A stretch of 64,000 nucleotides of DNA from Acidobacteriota bacterium (GTDB taxonomy: Bacteria > Acidobacteriota > Vicinamibacteria > Vicinamibacterales > SCN-69-37), in the NCBI GenBank assembly GCA_005799825.1, contig SYFT01000006.1, positions 52,130 to 116,129 on the forward strand, given 5' to 3'. How positions within the stretch are numbered: position 1 is the first letter of the stretch; each line of letters starts with the position of its first letter. The notes under the pieces were generated by a model. The model ran no database searches. It was not told the DNA's origin and saw only the letters and a list, made by a program, of their open reading frames with translations. Below are positions 26,831-36,460 of the stretch, piece by piece. The position numbers were made by a program, and so were the translations under genes.

Positions 26831-28204
26831 CTATTCGGGCAGGTCCGTGCCCTTGGGTTCAGGCAGGAAACAACTGAGGCCGAAGCCCGCGATGTACACA
26901 AACGTCGCGACGATCGTGGCCGCCATCGCCAGTTGCACGTGAGGCGCGCCACCGAGGTTCGACGCGAGCGTGGTGGTGACGAAGGCGAATCCAGTGCCGA
27001 GCATGCGGCCGCCGACATTTGCGGCAAATGCCTCTCCCGTGCCACGCAGGTGCGTCGGGTAAACGCGCGGCAGATAGTTGCCCCAGAAACTGAACTGCGC
27101 CACCGTGAACAGGCCCGCGAAGAACATGCCTATCTTCAGCGTGTCGAGACTCGACGTAGGCGCGAACCAGAACACGAGTGGCACGACGATGATTCCAGGG
27201 ACCTGAAACACGCGCAGGAGGCCTCGTCGGCTGGCGATGACAATCACGAGCATCGCCAGCAGCGTACGGCCGGCCAGGCCACCAATCTCCTGCCACCACT
27301 GCACAGCAGCCGACTGCTGCTGCTTCATGCGGCCGCTCTCGGCACGCCATAACGCCGCGTCAGGCGCATCCTGCGGCATCGGACGTTCAGGCGCCATCAT
27401 GACCACGTCCGGTGTGGCCGGCACAATGCGCGGCATGTGCTGAATAGCCCCGAACGCTGCACCATATGAACACGCGAACATGAGCGTGGTAACGATGGTG
27501 GTGCGACGCAGTTCGGGGCTGAACAACTGCGCCACACTGGGCCGGCGCAGCGTGCCGGCCTGTTTCTTGGCCAGCCACGCCGGTGACTCCGGCAGGAACG
27601 GCCGGATGATGATGAGCGGCAGGGCCGGCACCACGCCTGACATCAACGTGTAGCGCCAGGCTTCGTGTGCGCCGTAGATCTCGGGCAACGACGCCGCGTT
27701 GGCCAGAATCCACACACTGGCAGCCGTGACGAGAGCGCCACCCAGGGAAGAAAACGCCTGCGTATAACCAAGCACCTTCTCGCGCTGCTTCGCGTCCGGG
27801 AAGAGCTCCGCCAGCCAGGAGACTGCAGCCACAAATTCCACACACACGCCGATGAACGTCAGGCTGCGGAAGAAGAGGAACTGCCAGATAGTGGTGCTGA
27901 ACCCGGCCGCGAACGCGGAGAACGCGTAGAGGAGGATGCTCCATGTGAGCACGCGGCGGCGGCCCAGGCGATCGGTGAGATAGCCACCAAGCAGGCCGAA
28001 GATGCCGCCGGCGATGGCCGGCACCCACAACATCACGCCGACCCAGTCGTTGTAGGCCGGCGTGCCAGGTGCCACATTTACCAGCTCGCGCAGTGCCGGC
28101 GCGATAATGAGCGGCAGCATCAACAATTCGTAGATATCAAACGCGAAGCCGATGGCCGCGATTACGCAGATCAGCCATTGCGTGGATGTGAGCCGGTTCG
28201 TCAT
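26831..28204 (-). CDS. MFS transporter (paralog of 31674..33020)
   Basis: 457 aa and 12-TM-like, with the MFS signature GGYLTDRLGRRRVL. Confidence 0.85.
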   Translation of the reverse strand: MTNRLTSTQWLICVIAAIGFAFDIYELLMLPLIIAPALRELVNVAPGTPAYNDWVGVMLWVPAIAGGIFGLLGGYLTDRLGRRRVLTWSILLYAFSAFAAGFSTTIWQFLFFRSLTFIGVCVEFVAAVSWLAELFPDAKQREKVLGYTQAFSSLGGALVTAASVWILANAASLPEIYGAHEAWRYTLMSGVVPALPLIIIRPFLPESPAWLAKKQAGTLRRPSVAQLFSPELRRTTIVTTLMFACSYGAAFGAIQHMPRIVPATPDVVMMAPERPMPQDAPDAALWRAESGRMKQQQSAAVQWWQEIGGLAGRTLLAMLVIVIASRRGLLRVFQVPGIIVVPLVFWFAPTSSLDTLKIGMFFAGLFTVAQFSFWGNYLPRVYPTHLRGTGEAFAANVGGRMLGTGFAFVTTTLASNLGGAPHVQLAMAATIVATFVYIAGFGLSCFLPEPKGTDLPE

Positions 28205-28412
28205 CGGGCGAGCCTCATGAAATGCACGGTATTATGGCACGGGGGGTAACCACTCCACCGTCGAGGTCCGTGTCATGGAACTGGGCGCGGCGCTGAAAAC
28301 GGACACTGGCCGGCATCGCCTGCTCCAAGGCGGACATCGTGGTCTTTTCCGGCATACGAAAACTACCCCTATACTTTCTGCAGACGCCCCGCGTTTGGTG
28401 AAGAGGACAGTA

Positions 28413-31400
28413 ATGATTCGATGTGTGTTCGTTTGTGCGTTCGCTCTCTTCGGCTGGACGACAGCAGCCCACGCGCAGACCGGCGCCACGCTCGCCGGCC
28501 TGGTGCAGGACGGCACTGGCGCGGTACTGCCCGGTGCACAGGTGGTGGCGCGCCAGATGGCGACCGGCGCGATACGCCAGGCCACGAGTGGTGCTGATGG
28601 CCGCTTCACTATCTCCGCTCTCCCGGCCGGCAACTACGAGGTACGGTCGGAGTTGGCCGGCTTCCGCCCGCTCGTGCGCGCCGGCATCATCCTCTCGGTC
28701 GGTGAACACGCCGCCGTCGTCCTGACTATGAAAGTGGGCGCGACCGAAGCCGTGACGGTGACCGCCGCCACGTCTCAGGTGAACACGAGATCGTCGGAAT
28801 TAAGTTTCCTCGTCGATCAGCGCACCATCGCGCAGATTCCCGTGAACGGACGCAACTACACCGACCTGATGTCGCTGCTCCCGGGCGTGACGCCCTTCGC
28901 GCATCGCGACAACGGTTCAGTGGTGGCGCACGGCGTAGCGATGAGCGTCAACGGCCAGGACCCGCGCGCTAACGTGTATCTGCTCGACGGCACATTGCTC
29001 AACGATTTCACCAACGGACCTGCGGGATCGGCGGCCAGCACCGCTCTGGGCATGGACACCGTCCAGGAATTCCGGCTCGAGTCCAACTCCTACAGCGCCC
29101 AGTTTGGGCGGAACATCGGCGGCCAGGTCAACGCCATCACCAAGTCGGGGTCGAACCAATTCACCGGCAGCGCGTTCGAGTTCCACCGGAACGAGGCGCT
29201 CGACGCGCGCAACTACTTCGACGTGGGCGATAAACCCGATTTCATGCGCAACCAGTTTGGCGGCACTCTCGGCGGGCCGCTTGTCCGCGACCGGCTCTTC
29301 TTTTTTGCCGGCTACGAGGCACTCCTTGAAACACTGGGTCGCTCGATTCTGACGACCGTACCCGACGACAACGCACGGCTCGGGCTGCTTCCGGGCGGCG
29401 TCACGATCCCGATCAACCCCCAGGTGCTGCCCTACCTCAACGAGTTCCCGCGGGCGAACGGCGAGAACCTCGGCGGCGGCCTGGCGCGCTACACGTTCCC
29501 GTTTGACCAGAAGCTCGACCAGCACTTCGCCCAGCTCCGCCTGGACGCCGTCCTCGCCAATGGCGCCCAGCTCTTCGCCCGCTACACGTTCGACGATGCG
29601 GAACAACGGCTGCCGACCGACTTTCCGCAGTTCCCTCGCTCGTTCATCTCGCGTAATCAGTTTGCGACGGCGGAATATCGCCAGGCTCTGGGACAACGGA
29701 CCTTCTACACCGTGCACCTGGGCTACAGCCGCACGCGCGTGGGTCAGAACGTGGAGGCCAACACGATGCAGCCGGTCAGTGAGTTTGCCGCCGGCCGCTC
29801 CCTGATGGGCGCCATCGACATCGGTGGAATCCCCCGTTTTGGCCCGCAGCTGTCGGCCAACCTTCGTCTGCGCCAGGACGTGCTGAGCCTGAAGTACGAC
29901 ATCACGCAGTCTCGCGGGCGCCATTTCCTGAAGGCCGGCGCGCTGGCTGAATATTACGTCTCGAGCGAGTTCAACCCGACGTTCAGCCTTGGCGTGTTCC
30001 GCTTCGCCAACATCGCAGCGTTCCTGCGCAACACGCCTGCGAGTTTCATCGGCCTGACGCCGCAGGGCGACGTCAACCGCCGCTGGCCGTTCACGATCTT
30101 CGGCGCCTACCTGCAGGACGACATTCAGCTGACGTCCCGGGTCACCGCCAACGTGGGCCTCCGGTTCGAAGGATCGACGATGCCCCGTGATGAGGGGGGG
30201 CGCGATATCAACATGCCCGACCTGCTGGGCGTGCCGGTCGTGGGCCAGTTGTACGACAATCCGGCGCCGACGCTCTCGCCCCGCGCGGGCGTGGTCTGGG
30301 ATGTGCGCGGTGATGGCCGCACGTCGATTCGCAGCGGCTACGGGCTCTACTACAACACCAGCAACCACCAGAATCTGATCGTCACCGTAACTAACCCGCC
30401 GAGTACGCCGCGGGTAGTCATTGCGAGTCCGACGTTTCCGGTGCCGCCATTCGAGCGGTTAACAGGCATCTCGGTGCGGCCGATTCAGAACGACGTGCAA
30501 CTGCCGCGCGTCCACATGTGGAACGCGAGTGTGCAGCAGGAATTCTTTACGGACTGGGTGGCGACCGTCAGTTATGCCGGAGCGCGCGGCACACACTTGT
30601 GGCGGAATTCGGACGTTAACGTCCCTGCACCAGCCACGCTGGCCGACGGCACGTTGTTTTATGCAGCGGGCCTACAGCGCCCCAACCGCAACTACTCGGC
30701 GATTGAGCTCAAGTCCAGCAACGGTGACTCCTGGTACAAAGCACTCATCGTCGAGGTCAAGAAGCGATGGAATCGCGGCCTGCAGGTGCAATCGTCGTAC
30801 ACGTGGTCGAAGTCCGAAGACACCACACAGAACTCCACGTTTTTTTCGGACTCAACCACTGCCACCACGTCGGCGATGCCCGAGTTCATCAAGGGCTACA
30901 ACAAGGGTCTGTCGGATTTCCACGCAGAACACAATTGGGTGACTAACTTCGTGTGGGAGCCCTTCAGGGGATGGCGCCTGTCGGGCATCGTGCGCCTGCG
31001 CAGCGGCAGCCCGCTGACGCCGTTTGTGCAGACGAACCGGTCGCGGTCGCTGTGGTCGCCGTCGTTGGGCCCCGGCACGGGGCCGGATCGGCCGAGTTAT
31101 GCGCCTGGCCGCAACGCGTCGAACGCCGTCACGGGCAATCCGGCCCAGTGGTTTGATCCGACGGCGTTTGTGCTGCAGCCAATCGGCACGTTCGGCAAGG
31201 TCGGCCGCAACGAACTCATTGGACCCGATCTGCGGACAGTGGATCTGGCGGTGAGCAAAGTAGTCGGGTTGAGCCGTCTTGGCGCGGGCCGCAGCACAGT
31301 GGGACTGCGCGCGGAGGTGTTCAACCTTCTCAATCGCGCAAACTTTGGCCCGCCGTCGCTTGTGGCCTTCGCCGGGAGCGCCGACAACGAAGCGCCGCTC

Positions 31401-31475
31401 ACCTCGTTCGGCCAGATTCGTTCGACCATTACGTCCGCGCGGCAGATGCAGCTGGGGCTGCGCATCAGTTTCTAG
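28413..31475 (+). CDS. TonB-dependent receptor with N-terminal carboxypeptidase-regulatory-like domain
   Basis: I prefer the ATG at 28413 (MIRCVFVCAFALFGWTTAAHA), in frame with the ORF-track start at 28275. It has GLVQDGTGAVLPGAQVVARQMATG...DGRFTISALPAGNYEVRSELAGFRP and a plug (VNGRNYTDLMSLLPGV). The C-terminus is LGLRISF. Confidence 0.85.
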   Translation: MIRCVFVCAFALFGWTTAAHAQTGATLAGLVQDGTGAVLPGAQVVARQMATGAIRQATSGADGRFTISALPAGNYEVRSELAGFRPLVRAGIILSVGEHAAVVLTMKVGATEAVTVTAATSQVNTRSSELSFLVDQRTIAQIPVNGRNYTDLMSLLPGVTPFAHRDNGSVVAHGVAMSVNGQDPRANVYLLDGTLLNDFTNGPAGSAASTALGMDTVQEFRLESNSYSAQFGRNIGGQVNAITKSGSNQFTGSAFEFHRNEALDARNYFDVGDKPDFMRNQFGGTLGGPLVRDRLFFFAGYEALLETLGRSILTTVPDDNARLGLLPGGVTIPINPQVLPYLNEFPRANGENLGGGLARYTFPFDQKLDQHFAQLRLDAVLANGAQLFARYTFDDAEQRLPTDFPQFPRSFISRNQFATAEYRQALGQRTFYTVHLGYSRTRVGQNVEANTMQPVSEFAAGRSLMGAIDIGGIPRFGPQLSANLRLRQDVLSLKYDITQSRGRHFLKAGALAEYYVSSEFNPTFSLGVFRFANIAAFLRNTPASFIGLTPQGDVNRRWPFTIFGAYLQDDIQLTSRVTANVGLRFEGSTMPRDEGGRDINMPDLLGVPVVGQLYDNPAPTLSPRAGVVWDVRGDGRTSIRSGYGLYYNTSNHQNLIVTVTNPPSTPRVVIASPTFPVPPFERLTGISVRPIQNDVQLPRVHMWNASVQQEFFTDWVATVSYAGARGTHLWRNSDVNVPAPATLADGTLFYAAGLQRPNRNYSAIELKSSNGDSWYKALIVEVKKRWNRGLQVQSSYTWSKSEDTTQNSTFFSDSTTATTSAMPEFIKGYNKGLSDFHAEHNWVTNFVWEPFRGWRLSGIVRLRSGSPLTPFVQTNRSRSLWSPSLGPGTGPDRPSYAPGRNASNAVTGNPAQWFDPTAFVLQPIGTFGKVGRNELIGPDLRTVDLAVSKVVGLSRLGAGRSTVGLRAEVFNLLNRANFGPPSLVAFAGSADNEAPLTSFGQIRSTITSARQMQLGLRISF

Positions 31476-31673
31476 GTCACTACGGGTCACAAGGAGGACG
31501 GGTCACACGCAAGGATCTGCATGACGGCGTCCGCGCGCTGGTGGACCGGGCGCTGCACACGGCCGATCGGTTGCTCGCGACGGCCGACCTCCATCCGCTC
31601 ACCAGGGGCGGTCGCAAGGCGCATCGGCTGGAGTCGAAAGCGGGCGGCGCCTAAAGGTTACGGGTCGCCGCGT

Positions 31674-33020
31674 CTACTGCGGCAGTTGGTCTGACGTGGG
31701 CTCAGTCAGGAACCGGCTGGCGATGAGTCCCAGGACGCAGGCCAGCGTGGCCACCGAAGCGGCCGTCAGGGCGAGGGATCGGCCCGCGCCGTAGGCGGGC
31801 GTCAATTGGGTCGCGAGTGTGGTGGTGACCATCGCCGCGGTGGTGCCGATGATACGGCCACCCACATTTGCCGCAAAGCTTTCGCCCGTGCCACGCAAGT
31901 GTGTGGGAAACACGCGAGGGAGATAGCTTCCCCAGAAGTTGAACTGCGCGGCGGTAATCATGGCCGTGAGGAACACGCCAAAGCCCAGCGGTGTGAACCC
32001 CGTACCGCTCAGCCATACGAACGTCAGCGGGAACGCCACCAGCGCCGCCATCTGCAGAACGCGCAGCATGCGTCGCCGCGCCACAACAACCACGACCAGT
32101 CCGGCGAGCATGAAGCGGCCCACGAGGCCACCCGACTCCTGGATCATCTGCATCTGCCCTGAAGCTTCCTTCCTGGCGCTCTCAGCGAGGACGCTGATTT
32201 CCGGCAGCATCGACACAAATCTGGGCAGGTGCTGCATTGCCCCGTACGCCAACGCGTAGGTGCACGCCGTGGCGGCAATGGCCGCCATGGTTGTGCGCCG
32301 CATCGACCTTTCGAAGAGTGCGCCCACCCGCGGTCGTGCCTGCATCCGGCCCTTCACCCACATCGGCGATTCGGGCAGGAAGGGCCGCACGGCAATGAGC
32401 GGGATCGCAGGCAGCAGGCCCGATAAACACAGATACCGCCACTCCGCGTGCCCTCCGGCGATCGCCGGAAACCCGTCCGCGTAGCGAATGATCAGCAGCC
32501 AGACGCCGGTGACCGCGAGTCCGCCAAACCCCGCCACGGCCTGAGCCAGTCCCACGGCAGCTTCACGCCGCCGGGGGTCCTTGAACATCTCGGCCAGCCA
32601 GGCGATGCCGGCCACAAACTCCACACACACGCCGGCCATGATGAGGCAGCGGCACAGGAGGAACATCAGCGCCGAGGTGCTGAACGCGGCCGCCAGCGAG
32701 GCGCCGGCATACACGAGGATGCTCCAAACCAGAATCTGCCGCCGCCCGAAGCGATCGGCGAGGTACCCGCCGGCAAGGCCAAACAGCCCACCACACACGG
32801 CAGGGGCCCAGAAGATCAAGCCGGCCCAGAAGTTGAATGTGGGCGACTCTGGCGCGGCCGCCAGCAGGTCCAGGAACGCAGGCCCCACAATCAGCGGCAG
32901 CGTCAGCAGTTCGTACGCGTCGAAAAAGAAGCCAAACGCGGCCACTGCCACAACGAGTCGCTCTGCCCGGGTCAGTGCCACCACCGCCGCATCATATGAT
33001 GGTGTGCGCAAAGGACGCAC
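31674..33020 (-). CDS. MFS transporter (paralog of 26831..28204); the true start is possibly an internal GTG
   Basis: 448 aa. It aligns by eye along its length with the other MFS (FFFDAYELLTLPLIVGPAF vs FAFDIYELLMLPLIIAPAL; GGYLADRFGRRQIL vs GGYLTDRLGRRRVL). The ATG at 33020 leaves only 14 nt to the divergent yqaA-like start. Confidence 0.8.
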   Translation of the reverse strand: MRPLRTPSYDAAVVALTRAERLVVAVAAFGFFFDAYELLTLPLIVGPAFLDLLAAAPESPTFNFWAGLIFWAPAVCGGLFGLAGGYLADRFGRRQILVWSILVYAGASLAAAFSTSALMFLLCRCLIMAGVCVEFVAGIAWLAEMFKDPRRREAAVGLAQAVAGFGGLAVTGVWLLIIRYADGFPAIAGGHAEWRYLCLSGLLPAIPLIAVRPFLPESPMWVKGRMQARPRVGALFERSMRRTTMAAIAATACTYALAYGAMQHLPRFVSMLPEISVLAESARKEASGQMQMIQESGGLVGRFMLAGLVVVVVARRRMLRVLQMAALVAFPLTFVWLSGTGFTPLGFGVFLTAMITAAQFNFWGSYLPRVFPTHLRGTGESFAANVGGRIIGTTAAMVTTTLATQLTPAYGAGRSLALTAASVATLACVLGLIASRFLTEPTSDQLPQ

Positions 33021-33034
33021 AGACGGGCCCCATT

Positions 33035-33637
33035 ATGATCAAGAAGATTCGCGCGTGGATCCGCGGCATGTACGACTGGACGATGAAGTGGGCGGACTCG
33101 CCTCAGAGCCTCCTGGCCCTGTTTTTGATCGCGCTCGTTGAGTCCTCGGTCTTCCCTATTCCTCCCGACGTTCTGCTGATTGCCATCGTTGCAGCCAACA
33201 CGCACCGGTGGGTGAGCGCAGCGCTTCTGTGCACGGCTGGTTCGGTGGTTGGTGCGGCCGTTGGATACTGGATCGGCATGATGGCCATGCCGACCATCGG
33301 CCAGCCGATCATCGACTTCTATCAGGCCCAGGGGGCGTGGGACAGAGTCGAGGCGATGTACCGGAGTGATGTCGGCATCTGGTTTCTGCTGGCAGCGGCG
33401 TTTACCCCAATCCCGTTCAAGGTCGCGACGATTGCCGCCGGCGCCACAGGCATGGCATTGGGGCCATTCGTAGTTGTCAGCCTGATCGGCCGTGCCTCTC
33501 GGTTCTTCCTCGTGGCCATCATTCTGCGCATTTTTGGCGCACCGGTCCGCGCGATGATTGAGACACACTTCGACAAGTTTTCACTCGCGTTTCTCGTGTT
33601 GCTCGTCGCCGGGTTTCTGGTAATCCGCGTGATGTGA
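33035..33637 (+). CDS. YqaA-family (DedA-related, COG1238) membrane protein
   Basis: I prefer the ATG at 33035 (MIKKIRAWIRGMYDWTMKWADSP...). It has LFLIALVESSVFPIPPDVLLIAI ... FTPIPFKVATIAAG. Confidence 0.7.
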   Translation: MIKKIRAWIRGMYDWTMKWADSPQSLLALFLIALVESSVFPIPPDVLLIAIVAANTHRWVSAALLCTAGSVVGAAVGYWIGMMAMPTIGQPIIDFYQAQGAWDRVEAMYRSDVGIWFLLAAAFTPIPFKVATIAAGATGMALGPFVVVSLIGRASRFFLVAIILRIFGAPVRAMIETHFDKFSLAFLVLLVAGFLVIRVM

Positions 33638-34903
33638 TCAGATGAACGTCAGGCTGCTCTTCCGGTAGTCCCCGCCAAGGATGGGAACGGAGTTCGTCCC
33701 AAGCCAATTATCGAGCACGCGTGCGTAGACCGATCGGAAATCGGTTTCGTACTTCACGTCGCCGCCGTTGTTCTCGAGCGTGCCGTCTACGTTGTTCGGA
33801 TCGAGCGACGCGGCGGTGCCGTACAGGCCACCCTGCACACCGCCCCCCATTGCCATCATCACGCCGGCGGCGCCATGGTCGGTGCCCTGGCTGCCGTTTT
33901 CGCTAATGCGGCGGCCAAACTCCGAAAACTGCAGGACGAGCGTGTCGTTGAGCAGTCCCTGATTGCGCATGTCGTTGTAGAACGCCAACAGCCCGTCGCC
34001 CACAGACCCCATGAGGTTCGCATAACCAGCATTCGCCGCGTTGGTGTTCTGCGCCGCGTGTGTGTCGAACCCACCCAGCTGCACCCAGAAGACCTTCGTG
34101 CCGATGCCTCTGGCGATTGAGCCCGCCACCGCCTTGAGTGCCTGCGCCAGTCCGTTGTTGGCGTAGGCGACCGTCCCCGTGTAGGTGCCGACCGAGGCGA
34201 CGCGGTCGATCGTGGCTAGCGCCGCCTTCGACGTGGCATTCACAAACGCCAGGTGCGGGCGGTCCACCGGCACATGCGACGCCATCGTCGCCATCGTCGC
34301 ACGCGAATATCCGGCTTCGGCGCCGACGTTCGGGCTAAGGAATGAATAACCGGCCACCGAGGGGATGGCGGCCACGCTGACTTCGCGCGATTTCAGCGCG
34401 TGTGGCAATTCGCGCACGGTGCTCCACGCCACCAGCGGGTCCACGGGATCTGGCAGCGCGTCGAGGTAGCGGCCGAGCCAGCCCGTGCCGGTTGAATTGA
34501 CTAGGTTGGCGGTAGACCAGATGTCCGTGCCCAGAAAATGCGATCGACTGGAATTGGTGTATCCCGTGCGCTGGATGAGCGCAAGCTTTCCCTGATTGAA
34601 GATTTGCCTCAGGCCGGTCAGGCGCGGATGCAGGCCGAGCATTTTGCCGGACGAGTCGGTGCCGATCTGGAGGACGTTGGCCGCCGGAACAGCGATCGCG
34701 GGGCGCCGGCTGTAGTAGAAGCTGTCGCCGTATGGGATCAGGGTGCTGAGCGCGTCGTTGCCGCCGCTCAGATACAACACCACCAGGTTCCGGCGTGACG
34801 CGCCCTGCGCCCTCGCGATGTCTGAGAGAAACGCGGGTGCGGCAAAACTGACGGTGAATGCCGTCACGCCGCCTTTGACAAATTGTCGTCGAGTCACCTT
34901 CAT
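33638..34903 (-). CDS. DUF1501-domain protein (sulfatase-fold, Tat-exported)
   Basis: 421 aa with the twin-arginine signal MKVTRRQFVKGGVTAF. It has LVVLYLSGGNDALST and GGFDTHAAQ. Confidence 0.8.
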   Translation of the reverse strand: MKVTRRQFVKGGVTAFTVSFAAPAFLSDIARAQGASRRNLVVLYLSGGNDALSTLIPYGDSFYYSRRPAIAVPAANVLQIGTDSSGKMLGLHPRLTGLRQIFNQGKLALIQRTGYTNSSRSHFLGTDIWSTANLVNSTGTGWLGRYLDALPDPVDPLVAWSTVRELPHALKSREVSVAAIPSVAGYSFLSPNVGAEAGYSRATMATMASHVPVDRPHLAFVNATSKAALATIDRVASVGTYTGTVAYANNGLAQALKAVAGSIARGIGTKVFWVQLGGFDTHAAQNTNAANAGYANLMGSVGDGLLAFYNDMRNQGLLNDTLVLQFSEFGRRISENGSQGTDHGAAGVMMAMGGGVQGGLYGTAASLDPNNVDGTLENNGGDVKYETDFRSVYARVLDNWLGTNSVPILGGDYRKSSLTFI

Positions 34904-34933
34904 GGTTGTCCTTCGCGGGTTCTGATGCGGGCG

Positions 34934-36433
34934 TTAGACGAACTGATACTCGCCGGATCCGAGGAGCAGGTGAAACACGCCACCGGCCTTGTTGAGCAAC
35001 TGGGTCTCCGACCCCGTCCACGTACCACCGGCGCGCACGTAGTCCACCAGCGGGTTGTACACTTCTGCGCGTACTTTCGGCAGGCTGAGGCGGCTGATGG
35101 CGTAATCGATCAGCGTTTCAGGAGTCTGGTTATAGGGCCGCGACGTGGTGCGTAAATCGAACCGTTGGTTGGTGGCCAACGCCGACGCGAAGTTCATTCG
35201 CGCAAGCATGCCGCCGGTGGAGAACCAGGCAGACCCAAGGGCCCACCCATTCACGTCGGGCGGCTCAAACAACTGTTGCCCCATGTTGAGCATCGGCGTG
35301 AGGGTGTCGTTCGCCGAAAACCCTAGGCAACCCACTTCCTTCAGCGCACGCACCACATACTCAACAGGCCACGCATGGCGCTGGTAGCGATGGCGCGGGT
35401 CGCGGAACTGCGACGAGCGCACGACTGCGCGAATCACCTTACGCATGTCGGTGCCCGACGAGAGATACGCCGCAGCGATCGCGCTCACAAACGCCGGGTC
35501 CGGCACCTCGATATCGCTGACAAACCAGTTCCACAGTCGACCCGCCATCCGCCGCGCCGTTTCGGGATGCACGGCGAGTGCCGCGATCAGGTCGAGACCA
35601 TCCTGTATGCCCGTTGCCGGGTCCCGCGCCGGAATGGTCTTCGACCCGTTGTCATAGATCGGGAACGAAAACGTCTTGGCCGCCACATCGTGCTGCACCG
35701 CGTTGTAGTTGAAGGCGTAGTAGCTGGTGGGCGTGTCGCGCGTGCCGCGCTGCGCGATGTTCCATCCTGTGAACACCCGAGCGGCCGCATACACGTCCTG
35801 TTCCGTGAAGTTACCCACACCAAACGTAAACAGCTCTAGGAGTTCGCGGCCAAAATTTTCCTGCGGCCTGGCCTTGACGTTCGTGTTGCCGTCGAGCCAA
35901 TAGATCATGGCCGGGTCTTTGGCCACTTCCACCAGCAGGTCGCTGAACCTGCCAAGCCCCATCTGCCGGAAGAGTTCGATTTGCCCGCGCACCTGGGCCG
36001 TGTCTTCCGTCGGCTTGGCCGCCATCAGGCGTGCGCCTTCAGTGCCGCCCACTTGGGACACCTTGCTGTAGGCCGTGGCGAAGTGGTGATGCCAGAGCAT
36101 CGCCATCCGCTCCTGAAGCGGCACCGGGGAATGCACCATCCGGAACACCCAACGCTGCCGCGCATCGTTGATCACCGTATTCGGCATGAACCCGTTGCGC
36201 GCCGTGATGCCCAGGAACCCAGGCGTCCCGATTCTGGCGTCCACATCATTGGCGGGATCGGTAGGATCAAAATCCACCAGGGCACGGACCACCCTGGGGT
36301 ACGACATCTCCTCGTAGAGGGCGCGCTCGGCTGGCGTCGCGCCAAAGCCGATGCGCCGCAACAGGTGGTCTAGCTCGGATTGCTCACCGAGCTGTGAGCT
36401 ACTGCGCATGATGTTACCCCTTCTACTTGACAC
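34934..36433 (-). CDS. DUF1800-domain protein
   Basis: 499 aa with LDHLLRRIGFGATPAE and MLWHHHFAT. It is the usual upstream partner of DUF1501. Confidence 0.75.
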   Translation of the reverse strand: MSSRRGNIMRSSSQLGEQSELDHLLRRIGFGATPAERALYEEMSYPRVVRALVDFDPTDPANDVDARIGTPGFLGITARNGFMPNTVINDARQRWVFRMVHSPVPLQERMAMLWHHHFATAYSKVSQVGGTEGARLMAAKPTEDTAQVRGQIELFRQMGLGRFSDLLVEVAKDPAMIYWLDGNTNVKARPQENFGRELLELFTFGVGNFTEQDVYAAARVFTGWNIAQRGTRDTPTSYYAFNYNAVQHDVAAKTFSFPIYDNGSKTIPARDPATGIQDGLDLIAALAVHPETARRMAGRLWNWFVSDIEVPDPAFVSAIAAAYLSSGTDMRKVIRAVVRSSQFRDPRHRYQRHAWPVEYVVRALKEVGCLGFSANDTLTPMLNMGQQLFEPPDVNGWALGSAWFSTGGMLARMNFASALATNQRFDLRTTSRPYNQTPETLIDYAISRLSLPKVRAEVYNPLVDYVRAGGTWTGSETQLLNKAGGVFHLLLGSGEYQFV

Positions 36434-36460
36434 AAACCCGAAGCCAAAGGTGATGAGACC

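Noticed and set aside
28360-28380. GGGGTA/TACCCC hexamers near other promoters (6806-6826 CTACCCCCGAGGCGGGTGTAG; 28364-28378 CTACCCCTATAC; 42568-42578 GTATACCCAC), considered as additional CsoR sites.
   Set aside because: Only the 12463-12481 site is a complete perfect palindrome. The others are single half-sites or an imperfect GC-rich repeat, and a 6-mer core is expected many times by chance in 64 kb.
31491-31497. AAGGAGG in the receptor/MFS gap, considered as the ribosome-binding site of a small gene.
   Set aside because: There is no ATG, GTG or TTG within 5-12 nt downstream in any frame.
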